Source: the human T2T-CHM13v2.0 reference genome, Homo sapiens. Taken from it: 64,000 nucleotides of DNA. Positions within the stretch are counted from its first letter, which is position 1, and each line of letters opens with the position of its first letter. The position numbers were made by a program, and so were the translations under genes. This document shows positions 15,498 to 64,000 of the stretch, piece after piece. The stretch lies in assembly GCF_009914755.1 (NCBI RefSeq), contig NC_060925.1; one strand, given 5' to 3'. The notes under the pieces were generated by a model. That model was given only the letters and a program-made list of their open reading frames with translations. It was not told where the DNA came from and ran no database searches.

Positions 15498-16017
15498 GAG
15501 TAATTTCTGCTGCATTTTATTTCATGAAAAATTCTTTGTTAATCAGATACTCATTTACTGAGAGGTAAGACAGCATCATAGTTAAGAATTTAAAACTCTA
15601 GAGCCTGACTTTGTAGCCCAGGTCTGCCGCTTTCTAACTGTGTAACAGTGGACAAATTGCTTAAGTGCTCTAAGCCTCAGTTCCCCCCAGCTGTTCTAGC
15701 ATCTACCTTATAAGGTTGTCATGAGGATGGAAGGGATTAATACACAGAATCCATGGCTGACACATAGTAGTCATCCAATAAACAGTAACTACCATTATTA
15801 TTGAACAAGACCTTGTACTCATCAAGGAAAGAATGCATTAATATTTATTCATTGATTCATTATTAAGCACCTATTTATACCAGTCACGGCTAGAGAGTGG
15901 AACTGAAATGTGAACAACTTCCAACACAATTCCTGGCTGGTAGTCAATATGAGTGAAATAAAATTGTAGAGTGAGTAAGGTGAGGATTACAAAGATGCTT
16001 AAGCCTTTAACTCAGTA

Positions 16018-16060
16018 TTTATTTAAATCAACTTGCATTTTACAAGGTAACATCTTTATT
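16018..16060 (-). terminator. C8B: C8B tandem polyadenylation signals (AATAAA at 16060-16055 and 16023-16018)
   Basis: Two TTTATT hexamers on the + strand, about 135 and 170 nt past the stop codon. Confidence 0.75.
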
Positions 16061-16192
16061 TTAAACAGCTTGCATGGCACTGCCTTTTGCCCTTGCATGA
16101 ACTCCAGGTGGAAACTGGTGTAGGGCTGAGCTGGCGTGAGTTCTTGAGGGCTCAGGGCTCTCATTGTATGTAGCCCACTGCTGTATCATCTG

Positions 16193-52762
<36,570 letters not shown>

Positions 52763-52766
<4 letters not shown>

Positions 52767-52810
52767 TTTCCCAATGTGACAGGAGATGCCACAGAGGCTG
52801 CTAGACCCAT
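52763..52810 (-). promoter_or_regulatory. Upstream ORF (15 aa, MGLAASVASPVTLGK) whose stop overlaps the C8B start (AUGA)
   Basis: GttATGG context (G at -3 and +4); reads ATG GGT CTA ... GGA AAA TGA, and the TGA shares bases with the main ATG. Confidence 0.75.
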
Positions 52811-52869
52811 AACAAGCCTGTGCTGTGAGTGCCACTGTCAGCTTCTGTCCCCAAGAGCAAATAGCTCTG

Positions 52870-52990
52870 CAAAGTAAACAGAAAGCCACTAGTGACTGGA
52901 AACAGACTTTGCACAGACCAAAAACTTACCTGTCACTCTGGAAACCAACCAGAATAATGAAAAATCTGTAGCAGCATGGTGTTTATTCCT
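52870..52990 (-). promoter_or_regulatory. C8B proximal promoter with hepatocyte motifs
   Basis: FOXA GTAAACA 52874-52880, HNF4-like TGTGCAAAGTCTG 52915-52903, FOXA-like TGTTTAT 52980-52986. No obvious TATA box. Confidence 0.55.
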
Positions 52991-53099
52991 CTGTAACTTT
53001 AGGGTAAGCTGCCAAGTGGACAGGCTATTAGTGAGGTGGCAAGGACTGTGGGATCTAGGTCTAGACAGCCTGGGTTCAAGTACATTCTCTGCCACTGAC

Positions 53100-53178
53100 T
53101 AGGTTGGTGCAAAAGTAATTGCAGTTTTTGTCATTGCTTTTAATGGCAAAAACCACAATTACTTTTGCACCAACCTAA
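53100..53178. mobile_element. MADE1 (mariner-derived MITE) inserted in a MIR
   Basis: taggttggtgcaaaagtaattg...caattacttttgcaccaaccta terminal inverted repeats, about 80 bp. Confidence 0.92.
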
Positions 53179-53789
53179 CAGCTTTGGACTATGGGCAAGT
53201 TGCTTTACTTCTGTGCCTTACTCTCCTTACTTGCTAAGTGGTGAGAATTAAACACGTTAATATAAGGAAATGTTTAGAACAGGCCTATGTTCAGCGCTCA
53301 GATATGTCAGCTATTATTACTTAGTAGAATTCAGGGTTTGGAGTCAGACAGGCCAAGGTTTGAATTCCATGTTTGCCTCTTTCCAGTTACATGATGTTGA
53401 GCAAGTCAGTAAGAGGCTGTAGGGCTCTAGAACCCATCTACCTGACTTCAAATTGCTTCTGTATGATTCACCAGCTGTGTGGCCAGAGAAAATTACTAAC
53501 CCTCTCTGGGCCTAAGTTCCTTCATCAATAAAACAGGGATAATAATAATACCAACCTCACCGGGTTGTTGTGAAGATTAAATAAATTAGATTATTATTAA
53601 TTATTATTGTAATTATAATTAATTATAATTATTATTATTAAATAAATTAGATTTATTTAATCTTCACAACATGTTCAAAACATGTTGAACATTGCCTGGC
53701 ACATTCTATGTGCACTCTCTATAAGTGAGCTGGTATTTTTATTGACTGTCTCTGATTCTGTTTCTTCATATGTAAAATTAGGAGGACTA

Positions 53790-54188
<399 letters not shown>

Positions 54189-54842
54189 TTATCTAAATAT
54201 ATATGTGCTGTTGTTGTTATTGTTTGCATCCCAAAAGATACAAATGACTGAGGTTCTCAAACCTACCTTCCTGAAAACCATCCCTGACTCCCCAGAATCA
54301 ACATATTAAAGTCCAAACTGCACCAACCTGGCATTTACAAAACCAACCTGCAACGCATAAAGGGCTGAGTCCACGTGTTGGATGGCGTCCTGTTGCTTTT
54401 GCTATTGCAGATGTGGGTGAGGAACCTCACATGGGAGAGGCAGCTTGCAAGGTATGAGGGTGGGCTAGTAGAAAGAACACTGGATTTGCTTTCCTTAAAC
54501 ACAGTTACAGAGTTTCTCTAAGACTCTGTTTTCTCATCTGTGAAATAGGGATAATAATTCATTACTACCTACTTGATAAGTTTGTTTTGGGTTTGAACGT
54601 ACAAAACGGGAAGCCTCCCCCTCCTGCCACCCCTGCCGAGTAGCTGGGTTGGGGTTGGAGAATCAAATAAGGAAGTATAGTGAGGGGATGGATGGGAAAG
54701 CCACAGAAGATGGTAGTCCTCTCACATTAATTGTGTCCAAAACACAGAACACAAGTTCTGCTGCCAGACCACCCAGGATGCATTCCAGTTGTCATAAGCC
54801 TAGGTGCAAGACTCCATGTCACCGTTGTCCCAAAGGATGAAT

Positions 54843-54892
54843 TGACCTGAACTTTGACGCAATTGATTGTGGTGGTTAATCATTTGTAAACA
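54843..54892. promoter_or_regulatory. Candidate hepatocyte enhancer (HNF4 DR1, C/EBP-ATF, ONECUT, HNF1, FOXA cluster)
   Basis: TGAACT-T-TGACGC, TGACGCAAT, ATTGATT, GTTAATCATTTGT and TGTAAACA within 50 bp. Confidence 0.65.
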
Positions 54893-55247
54893 AGCAGAAA
54901 CTTGTGTTTCAAGAAAGATCCATGTCCTGTCTCCTATCTGCCTGCCTTTAAGAGAAGCCAAACCCTTAGAAGACAGGGCTCCCCTTCGACCTCCTCAACC
55001 TGATGTACTCACGGAGGAGCCTGCAGGTTTAGAGAGGACAGTTACACGAGTGAATCCTGTGCTCTCTCACCTCCAGGATTTTTGCATGCCGTTCCTTCTG
55101 TCCAGAGTATGTGCCACTTAGCTAAATACGACTCATTATTCGAGTTTTATATTAATGTCACTTGCTCAAGAAAGCCTTCCCAATAGATTCCCCTGGGGTT
55201 CTTAACGCTCCAGGCGCCCCCAGGTCTCCCGGAGTTCCAACCTCATC

Positions 55248-55274
55248 GCGCCCCCTGGTGGTTTCCCAGTGCAG
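55248..55274 (-). promoter_or_regulatory. CTCF binding site (consensus core plus upstream motif)
   Basis: The - strand reads CTGCACTGGGAAA-CCACCAGGGGGCGC, a perfect core, in a locally CpG-retaining patch. Confidence 0.8.
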
Positions 55275-55861
55275 CTCACCTGAGATCCCGCCTGGAGGAC
55301 GGCAGCCTCAGGCTTTAGTGATAGTAATACACATATTTTTCAGGGACAGTTCTTAACAATTTAACAGTTTTCCCATACATCATCTTGTTTGATTTTGACA
55401 ATAAGCCAAGAAACATAATATCATCTTCCAAGCCTCTAAGATGGGGCTTCACAGCTGTTTCCACAGCTGGTTAGTAGGACATCTTTGGCTTGATACACTT
55501 TTTTTTCTGACTCCTAAATGCTCCTTTTTCTAGCTCTGAAGCTTCCCCTTGCCCTTAGGATGTGCCAGCACTGCTTTAAGTCTTCACAGTTATCACACCA
55601 CACTGCTCTTCTGGTCTAGCTGCTCTTACTCAGGGCTATAGATCTCATCTCTGACCATGCGAGAGCTTTGAAACTGATCATATGTCTCTAGGCCTTTAAA
55701 CGATATGAAGGAATTTGTAACTCTAGGTCTGCGGATCCACTAACAGTTTGTTGTTTTTCCAACTTTTATTGACTGATTTTCCAGGCTCCACCCAGTTCCA
55801 CAGCCAATGCCACTTTTCATGTTTCTGCTATGGCAGCACTCCACTCCTGGTACCTATTTTT

Positions 55862-56665
55862 GTATTAGTTAGCTTTTGCTGCATAACAAATAATCCCAAA
55901 ATTGTAGACTAAAACAATCATCATTTATCAGCTCACAATTCCTTGGGTCATCAAATAGGCCTAGGCTAAAATGGGTGCTGGCCTTGCCTTGGTTCAGCCA
56001 ACTGGTAGGTCAGCAGGAGCCTGGTTGGTCCAGGATGGCCTTACTCACCTGCCTGATGATTCATTCTGTCTGTCAGTTAGCACTGGCTGTTGGCTGAAGT
56101 GATGAAGTAAATGGGCCACATGACTCCAAATAGACTAACTCAGGCTTGATCTCAGGGTGATCTAATGGTTTCAAAAAGCAGCAAGAAAAGACAAGCCCCA
56201 GTGCACAAGTGCTTTCCAAACTTCTGCTTGCCTGATGTTTCTTAATGTCTCCTTGGCTGAAGCAATGGCCAAGCCCACATTCAAGAGCTAGAGACAGAGC
56301 TTATACCTGTTGATGGGAGGAAGAGCAGAGTCACATTGCAAAGGGGTATGCCTACAATTTTGGAAGGAATTCGTGGACATTCGGCAATTTCTTACAGACA
56401 TGTGACACTTTCGGGCTGAAGCACTTAAGAGCCAGTGTGCCCTGTCCATTTCTGTCTTCTGTCCTGTGGATTTGGAAGCATGTGTTGACAGAACAATGTC
56501 TTATGGTGAAGGAAGCCTAAACCCCTGAGTCATTGGATGGAGGAGAGCCCATGTTGACCCATAAAGGACTTCATGTGAGTTAGAATTCAACTTTTGTTGT
56601 GCTATGTTATTGGGATTTGGTGGTTTATTGTTGCTGCAATAATACCTACCCCATTCTGACCAATA
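55862..56665. mobile_element. Old MaLR LTR fragments (MLT1-type)
   Basis: gtattagttagcttttgctgcataacaaa...ggccaagccc...gtcacattgcaaaggg. Confidence 0.55.
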
Positions 56666-57009
56666 TACTTTTAATATATTCTTACATTGCATAAAAAATT
56701 TGGTGTGTATATACATTTTTCTGGGGGAAAAATCCATAACTTTCCTGAGATTCTCAAAAGGACTTAAGATTTAAAAGAAGTAAAACAAAACAAAACATTT
56801 CCTCAAGAGATACAACTTTTTCAGCCAACATAATTATCTGTCTCCTTTTGAAGATCATGTGATATAGTGTGAAGTATTTGAGGATTCAGAAAGACTGAGA
56901 CATCTCATTTCTCCTGTGACTTAGTTTATATCCTGGACCAACCCCTTAAGCCCTCTAAGCTGTAGTTTACTGAGTTTCAAATGCAGGCTTGTTGATAAAA
57001 CACTTCAAC

Positions 57010-57700
57010 AATCATTTATTGAGCACCTACTAGATGCCAAGTGCAATGCTACTTGACTGGGTATAAAGATGAGTGTGTAATGGACCTTCCCTATGAAAGC
57101 TCACAGCTTAGTGAGATGGGCAGGCACAGTAAAACATCACAGCAGTACAGTGTGACAATGAGAGAGGTTTACACAGCATAGCTCAGGCATCAGCGAAGTA
57201 TGTGTGTGGCCATTGGAAAAGTATTCTCAGGAATGAGGTGACACTTAAGGGTTAAAGAGGAGTTAGCAAATGAAAGGGAGGGCATGTGGCATTACAGATA
57301 AAGGGGTCATCAAAGTTATGATCCAAAGGTGAGGAAGGTCACTGGGTCTGTGGGAACCATAAGCCATTCAGTGTTGCTGTAGCACAGAGTTCAGCATGAG
57401 CAATGGAAAGAAATGAAACAGGAGAGGCAGGCAGGAGCCATATCAGGTAGGGCCTGATGAGCATGCTAATGACATGGATTTTATCCAAACTGCAAGAGAA
57501 GCTATTGAAGGGTGTTAGGAGGAGAAGAAAAGGGACTGCTTTCTTTGAGAGATTACTCTTGCTACAGTGTAGAGAATGGATTAGAGGGAGGCAAATTGGA
57601 GCCGAGAGACCCCTTAGGAGGCTGTCCTAAGAGTCCACTGAGAAAAGATGCAGGCCTGAATTAGGGTGGTGGTAGCAGAAGAGAGAGTAGAGATGGAAAG
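57010..57700. mobile_element. L2 fragment
   Basis: catttattgagcacctactagatgccaag...ggattttatcc...gaagctattgaagggt. Confidence 0.6.
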
Positions 57701-59221
57701 GAAGGCATAAACATAATACCTGTCTTATGTCACTGAGGGAAGAAAATAACACACCCTCAGTGAACAGTGAAAGGCTTTGTACACTACACAGCTCTGTGCA
57801 AAGGTGGAATTATGATGACTGAGGTTATAGTTCTCTACTAAGGAAGGTATATAAAGTCCCTGGGGCTGAGCCTGGCAGCTGTTCAGGGTGACACCACCCT
57901 ACACAGCACGCATTTCGCCCTTCATCACACACAGCCCCATGGATTACAGCATGGTCTTGTCCACCTTCAGATGAGCTCCTTGTCTTCCAGGCTCACCTTC
58001 CCTGGATCCTGGAGGACAGAATCTATCTCCCTCCTGTTGTTCTAGAGCCTTAATCAGTGTCTGGGAAATGCCGACGTCTACTGTTTCCACTGTAGATTTT
58101 TCCTTGCGGCCTGGGGAACCTGATTTTCAAAAGTCCTTAGCTGACTGCTGTGATAACTACATCACCGAAGGTGGTTATGCAAATTGGAATGCCTTATCCA
58201 TTGCATGGGTATTATCACCACTGTGGTTCAAAATTTTCCCAGAAGGAAGTGTAGGTGGGCTGAGTGGGCAACAAGGTTATTGGAGGGCTATCTGGGGAAA
58301 ATAAAACCCGAATGAGAAAAAGAAGTGGCTCTATTCCCAACTGGAAAAACAAGAAGGAAAAAAATTAAAAGAAAGATAATGATAGCCAGCAAAATTATCC
58401 TCCTGTGGCAAAGAGAACAGCCGTGTAGGGAGCCCATATCTCTTTGCTCTTAAACTACACTACATGTCCTAGCTTCCCTTGCAATTATACTTAACCCTGT
58501 GACTGCAGTCTGGTGAATGAAATATAGGGAGAAGTGGTGTGTACTGTTTTATGTCTGACCCATGATAAACCTCCAGTGTGAAATCCTACACTCTCTTTTT
58601 TCCTCATATGCCAGCTACATGTGGGTACCCATGGTAATCGTGAAAGCTAGTGCTAAAGAGGGCAGAATCTCTGGCAGCCTGAGTTCCTGCATGACTGCCT
58701 GGAGCAGAATCTTCTGCACTCTCTTCTGATTAGACTATGCAAGAGTAAAAAAGAAATTTCTATTGTAGTAGGCCACGGAGATGTCAGTGTTTTTCTGTTA
58801 TAGTGGCTAGCATTACCTAAACAAATACACTCTCCTTCCCCAAATCCTCATTCTCCACCTCACAAAACTGGCAAGCATTCACTAGAAAGGAGTCACAGGT
58901 TGAAAACCGCCTTCTAAGTGGTCAATGTCTATGACATGGATGTGGTGGTGGCAGGAAGGCAGTGTCTATTTAGCAGAGGAGGCTATCTATTCTAGGGTTT
59001 TGTTTGTTCTCTGTGTTGACAGATATGGAAATTCTGTGTCCTTTATTATGTATATTTCTGTATATAAAGAATGGATATCTATTTATCTGTGGACATGCAC
59101 AGGTGCCCTGTTTCTTCTATGGTGCATGGTCTTATAAATTATAGGTAATTATTTCTCTCTGGCTGTAAAAGAGGCTTAGATGTAGAATACCGTGTAAGCC
59201 ATATAGTTCAGGAACAGATAG

Positions 59222-59542
59222 TGGTATGGTTTGCATGTGTCCCCACCCAAATGTCATCTTGAATTCCCATGTGTTATGGGAGAGACCCGGTGGGAAGTAA
59301 TTGGCTCATGGAGGCAGGTCTTTCCCATGCTGTACTCGTGATAGTAAATAAGTCTCACAAGATCTGATGGTTTTAGCTCTCTTCTCTTGTTTGCCAGCAT
59401 GTAAGATATGCCTTTCACCTTTCGCCATGAGTGTGAGGCCTCCCCAGCCACACGGAACTGTAAGTTCATTAAACTTCTTTATTTTGTAAATTGCCCAATC
59501 TTGGGTATGTCTTTATCAGCAGCATGAAAATGGACTAATACA
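59222..59542. mobile_element. THE1-type MaLR solo LTR
   Basis: TG...CA ends, 5-bp TSD gatag, THE1 motifs gtgaggcctccccagcca and aatggactaataca. Confidence 0.9.
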
Positions 59543-60233
59543 GATAGGATGTGTACTAATCACGGTTGGTCAGCACTGATGGTGACAATGAGCACTGTAT
59601 AACCAGGTGGATGCAAAAGGTGCTCCAAGTGTGCTCCAAGGCGAGGGGTTCACCAGAGTGCTGAGAGGAGAGCTGACCTCGCAGATGTTGTTTCCATCAT
59701 TTGGGATGTGCTCGCCAAATGCAAGAGGGCGGACTGAAGAGATAGCTCTTTAGGTACAATTCGATTTGGTACTAGTTATTTAGGGCCAGGTGTGGGCACA
59801 ATATGTTTAATACTGGAGGTACAGTACATCATATGTTCTGTTAAGTCGTTTTTGTGGTTCCTAAAAATCTTTGAATATTTTACTGACCTCATGAGCCATG
59901 AGGCATTGACATCATTGGGATAGGCAATGAAACATCTCCAGTTCAACTCAGAGCAACTCATTTTCACAAATGTTTTTAATATAAGTACAGACAATTGAAA
60001 GATTACTCACTTTCTACTCCAGATAGTTCCAGAAATGCTAGAAATGTGTGGGGAGGAAAAATGAGATTCTACTTGGCAATGGGCCTTGAAACTAATTCCC
60101 TGGGGGACTTGAAACAACTGATGGATTATGTAGTTGCATTGATTTTGTGGATTAAGTGTGGCAAATGGTGAAGTTTAGGCCACCCTGTGCATCTGTTCAT
60201 TTGCTCACTACACGATCAAGTTCAAACTTTTAG

Positions 60234-60583
<350 letters not shown>

Positions 60584-60954
60584 CAAACTTCATACCAATT
60601 CAAACACTGCATAAGTTCATTTATTCATTCAAAAAATATATGTTCAGTGTCCACTATGTGCTGGACTCTGTGCTAAGTGGAGGATTCAGCAGTAAATATC
60701 ACTCTTGGCTCCCTACCTTCATGGAGTTTCCAGTTTCATAGAGGAAATAAACCCAAGTAATTGAACACATCTATAATTATGACTTGGGTAACTTTAAGTA
60801 GAAAACCATGTACTTTCTTGACTACACTAGTCGGGTGGCTGTGGAAGGGGAGTCTGGGAAACTTCCCCTGTGCTTGTGAAACCCCAAACCGAAGAGCGAA
60901 GTGATTGACTAGTCAGGCTTTTGAACTATGATGCAATTTCTGATGTTACACAGT

Positions 60955-61505
60955 GTCAGGGTTTCTGTTATCTGATATAGCCATAAGAAACTACCAGAAT
61001 GCTTAGTGTCTGAAAACATTAATTATGTTACCATTACTCACAATTCTGTAGCTCAAGAATTCAGACTGGCCCAGAAGGAAGGGTCATCTCTCTTCCATGT
61101 GATGTCTGTTGGGGCTGGAACAGTCCCAGTTGTTTCTCCACTCACAGGTCTGTTGACTTGGCTCAGAAGCTTGATGGCTGAAGGTTAGATTGGACAGCCT
61201 GGCTGGGGCTGTGGTTCTCCTCAGGCCTCCTCCTCTTCAGGTGGCCATCCAGCGGGCCTCTCCACAGGGTCTCTCCAATAGTGCAACTCAAGTTCTCACA
61301 TGACATCTCAGGGCTCCCAAGGGTAGAAATGCAGAAGTTGCCACATCTTCTTAAGGCTGTAGCCTGGAACTAGCATAGACTTGCTTACATCATATTCTAC
61401 TGTTTAAAATGAGTCACAGGGTCAGCCCAGAGTCAATTTGGGAGACAGCAACACAATACAGGTGGAGTGGTGCATTGGGAACAATCTCTGAAAACCAGTT
61501 ACCAC
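60955..61505. mobile_element. Old LTR element (MaLR/ERVL-like)
   Basis: ctcacaattctgtagctcaagaattcag...ggaactagca...catattcta...gtcacagggtcagcccaga. Confidence 0.5.
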
Positions 61506-61760
61506 ATTCAGGAAGTGGCATTGCTTAATGAAGGACTTTTTTAAAAATACAAGTTTTAATCAAAAGAGCCCCTTTCTCCCAAAGAATATGCGAGTACCTT
61601 CCTTTATCCAATGCTGATAGAGAATATGGCTTACAGAGGTAGGTGGAACTTTTTGATTAGAGATAGGTATGCCACTGTACCGCCAAACCACAGGGAAACA
61701 TCCTGTCCAGACTCACAAGTGCAGTAATTCTTTGATCAGGACTTAAGACTTACAATGGAG

Positions 61761-62040
61761 GGCTGGGCACAGTGGGGCACACCTATAATCCCAGCATTTT
61801 GGGAGGCTAAAGCAGAAGAATTGCTTAAGGCCAGGAGTTTGAGAGCAGCCTGGACAAAATTGCAAGACCCCATCTGGTGTGGTGGCACAAACTTGTAGTC
61901 CTAGCTACTTGGGAAGCTGAGGTAAAAGGATTGCTCCAGCCCCGGAGTTTGAGGCTGCAGTGAGCTAGGATTACGCCACTGCTCTCTACCCTGGGAGACA
62001 GAGTGAGACCCTTTCTCTAAAACACAGTAAAAACATAAAA
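61761..62040 (+). mobile_element. Alu (J-like) lacking the central linker
   Basis: Alu arms joined without the A-rich linker; TSD aagactta(c/g)aatg. Confidence 0.85.
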
Positions 62041-62828
62041 AAGACTTAGAATGAACTTTGAGAATTGGCAGGTACAGTGAACAAGATCTTTCTTCAAAGG
62101 GTTTTAAGACCCTTGATGAATGGAAATGATGTAATCCAAAGATGGGGCATGAGAGAGAAGAGCAGGGGCCCTCTAAATATGATCACCAGATCTCACAAGC
62201 AAACCACAGCAAGGAGAACCCGGTCCTGCCTGACCAGAGGCCATTCCCTTTGCCAAGGAAGACATCAAATCTGACACCAGAACTCCAATCTAGCATTTCT
62301 ACAGTTTGTTGTATATTTCTGCTTAACTGTGTGGTAAATCTAACATATGAAATTAGGCTAGGATTGTACACACGTTAAGAGGGCAGCTCTGCAGGCAGAA
62401 CGTCTGTTGGTAGAGCCTGTCTCTACAACTTACTGAATGTGTGGCATGGGCTATGTTACTTAGCATTTCCGTTCAGGGCTGTGAAAGTGCTTAGCACAGT
62501 GCCACACGTGACAGGAAATGGTAACGATTAATATCATCATTGGTTATGTTCTGGCTGTTAATTTCATAATTTCCAACTTAAACAGCCTTCCAGCTAGACA
62601 ATTGACTTGATGGGCTCCTGTATGTATCCACTGATGTGAAAAGTTTAGCAACCAGAGCCCTTTTTTCGGAAGGGAAGATTTATTTCAGTCTAGATGCAGT
62701 CAGCATCCAACTTTGCAGAATTTGCTAGAGAGGAAAAGCCTGGCTTCATAAACCTGGCTACCTACACATCGTTCACAAACAGCAGGTCAAAGTCAAGGAT
62801 GAATCCAGGACACCTAAATCATACTGAC

Positions 62829-63191
62829 TGATATGGTTTGACTGTGGGCCCACCCAAGTCCCATCTTGAATTGTAGCTCCCATAATTCCGCATGTCATGG
62901 GAGGGATCTGGTGGGAGGTAATTGAATCATGGATGTTGGTCTTTCCCATGCTTTTCTTGTGATAGTGAATAAGTCTCACGAGACCTGATGGTTTTATAAA
63001 GGGGAGATCCCCCACATAAGCTCTTTTGCCTGCTGCCATGGAAGACGTGCCTTTGCTTCTCCTTTGCCTTCTGCCATGATTGTGAGGCCTCCCCAGCCAT
63101 GCTGAACTGTGAGTCCATTAAACCTCTTCCCTTTATAAATTACCTAGTCTTGGGTATGTCTTTATTAGCAGCACGAGAACAGACTAATACA
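62829..63191. mobile_element. THE1-type MaLR solo LTR
   Basis: tgatatggtttg...gactaataca with 5-bp TSD ctgac. Confidence 0.92.
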
Positions 63192-63733
63192 CTGACTGAC
63201 TGACCCAATTACCTTTTTTGTTGTTGTTTAATATAGAAACAACACATTTTAGGAGTCTTATAAGTATACATGTGGTGTTGATTTTGATTCAAAATATTAT
63301 TATACTTTACAAGTTTCTGTTTCTCCTGAATGCACTTGTCTATTAACTCTGATACAGGTTTGGATAGCTGCACTTGTCAAAGTGTGCAATTGTTATTCCT
63401 CTGGGCTCTCCGATACCAGAATCTCTATATGTGAGCCAGGTATAGAGGAATTCCCTGTCTTCTTAAGGGATGACATCAGAGAGAGGCTACATGCACAGGC
63501 TCTGCAGCCCTGACGCATGGTGCAAAAGTGGACTACCACACTTACTAGCTGTACTTCTTAACTTCATTTTTCCTGTCTGGAAAATATGGTTAATTGTGCC
63601 CACCTTATGGGGCTCCTGTGAAGATCAAACAAGTAACCATACATAAAATGTTTAGAACAATTCTGGGCACATGATGAGTACATTATACAAGCATTAGCTT
63701 TTATAATTATTCAGCTTCTACATCAAATGGAAG

Positions 63734-64000
63734 TTTTTTACTTTATTTCATTAGTTTTTGGGGAAGAGGTGGTTTTTGGTTACAAGGATAATTTCTTTAG
63801 TGGTGATATCTGAGATTTTGGTGCACCTGTCACCCAAGCAGTGTACACTATATCCAATGTGTAGTCTTTTATCCCTCACGACTCTCACCCTTCTCTGCGA
63901 GTCCATTATATCATTCTATGCACTTGCATCCTGATAGCTTAGCTCCCACTTATAAGTGAGAACATAAAGATATTTGGTTTTCCATTCCTGAGTTACTTCA
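63734..64000 (-). mobile_element. L1PB-like LINE-1 3' end (runs off the window)
   Basis: tttttggggaagaggtggtttttggttaca...ctttagtggtgat...gcttagctcccacttataagtgagaaca. Confidence 0.85.

Noticed and set aside
52767-52889. In-frame N-terminal extension of C8B in ORF 52671-52889
   Set aside because: Starts at GTG within the promoter motifs, probably upstream of the main TSS; the ATG at 52766 already gives a normal signal peptide.

Overview
Human (primate) genomic DNA from the complement C8A-C8B locus. The window begins in the last intron of C8A (+ strand), whose final coding exon lies at 4120-4271. It then crosses about 11 kb of repeat-rich intergenic DNA and contains the complete 12-exon C8B gene on the - strand (ATG 52766, stop 16193). 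I assembled all 12 C8B exons by hand: every junction is GT-AG, phases match, and the CDS is 1776 nt = 591 aa + stop (signal peptide, propeptide, TSP1, LDLRA, MACPF, EGF, TSP1). The two paralogues are arranged tail-to-tail. The last 11 kb is C8B upstream DNA. The rest is Alu, MIR, L1, L2, MaLR LTR, DNA-transposon and microsatellite sequence, which accounts for many of the short ORFs in the track. I see no new multi-gene system. The most interesting unexplained signals are regulatory or structural: (i) a strong-Kozak 15-codon uORF whose stop overlaps the C8B start codon (AUGA); (ii) a 50-bp cluster of five hepatocyte TF motifs next to a consensus CTCF site 2.1-2.5 kb upstream; (iii) two TE-derived frameshifting cassette exons in introns 1 and 2; (iv) an exact 51-bp templated duplication flanked by inverted repeats near exon 11; (v) three AT-rich quasi-palindromic patchworks. 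Repeat subfamily names and boundaries come from recalled consensus sequences and are approximate.
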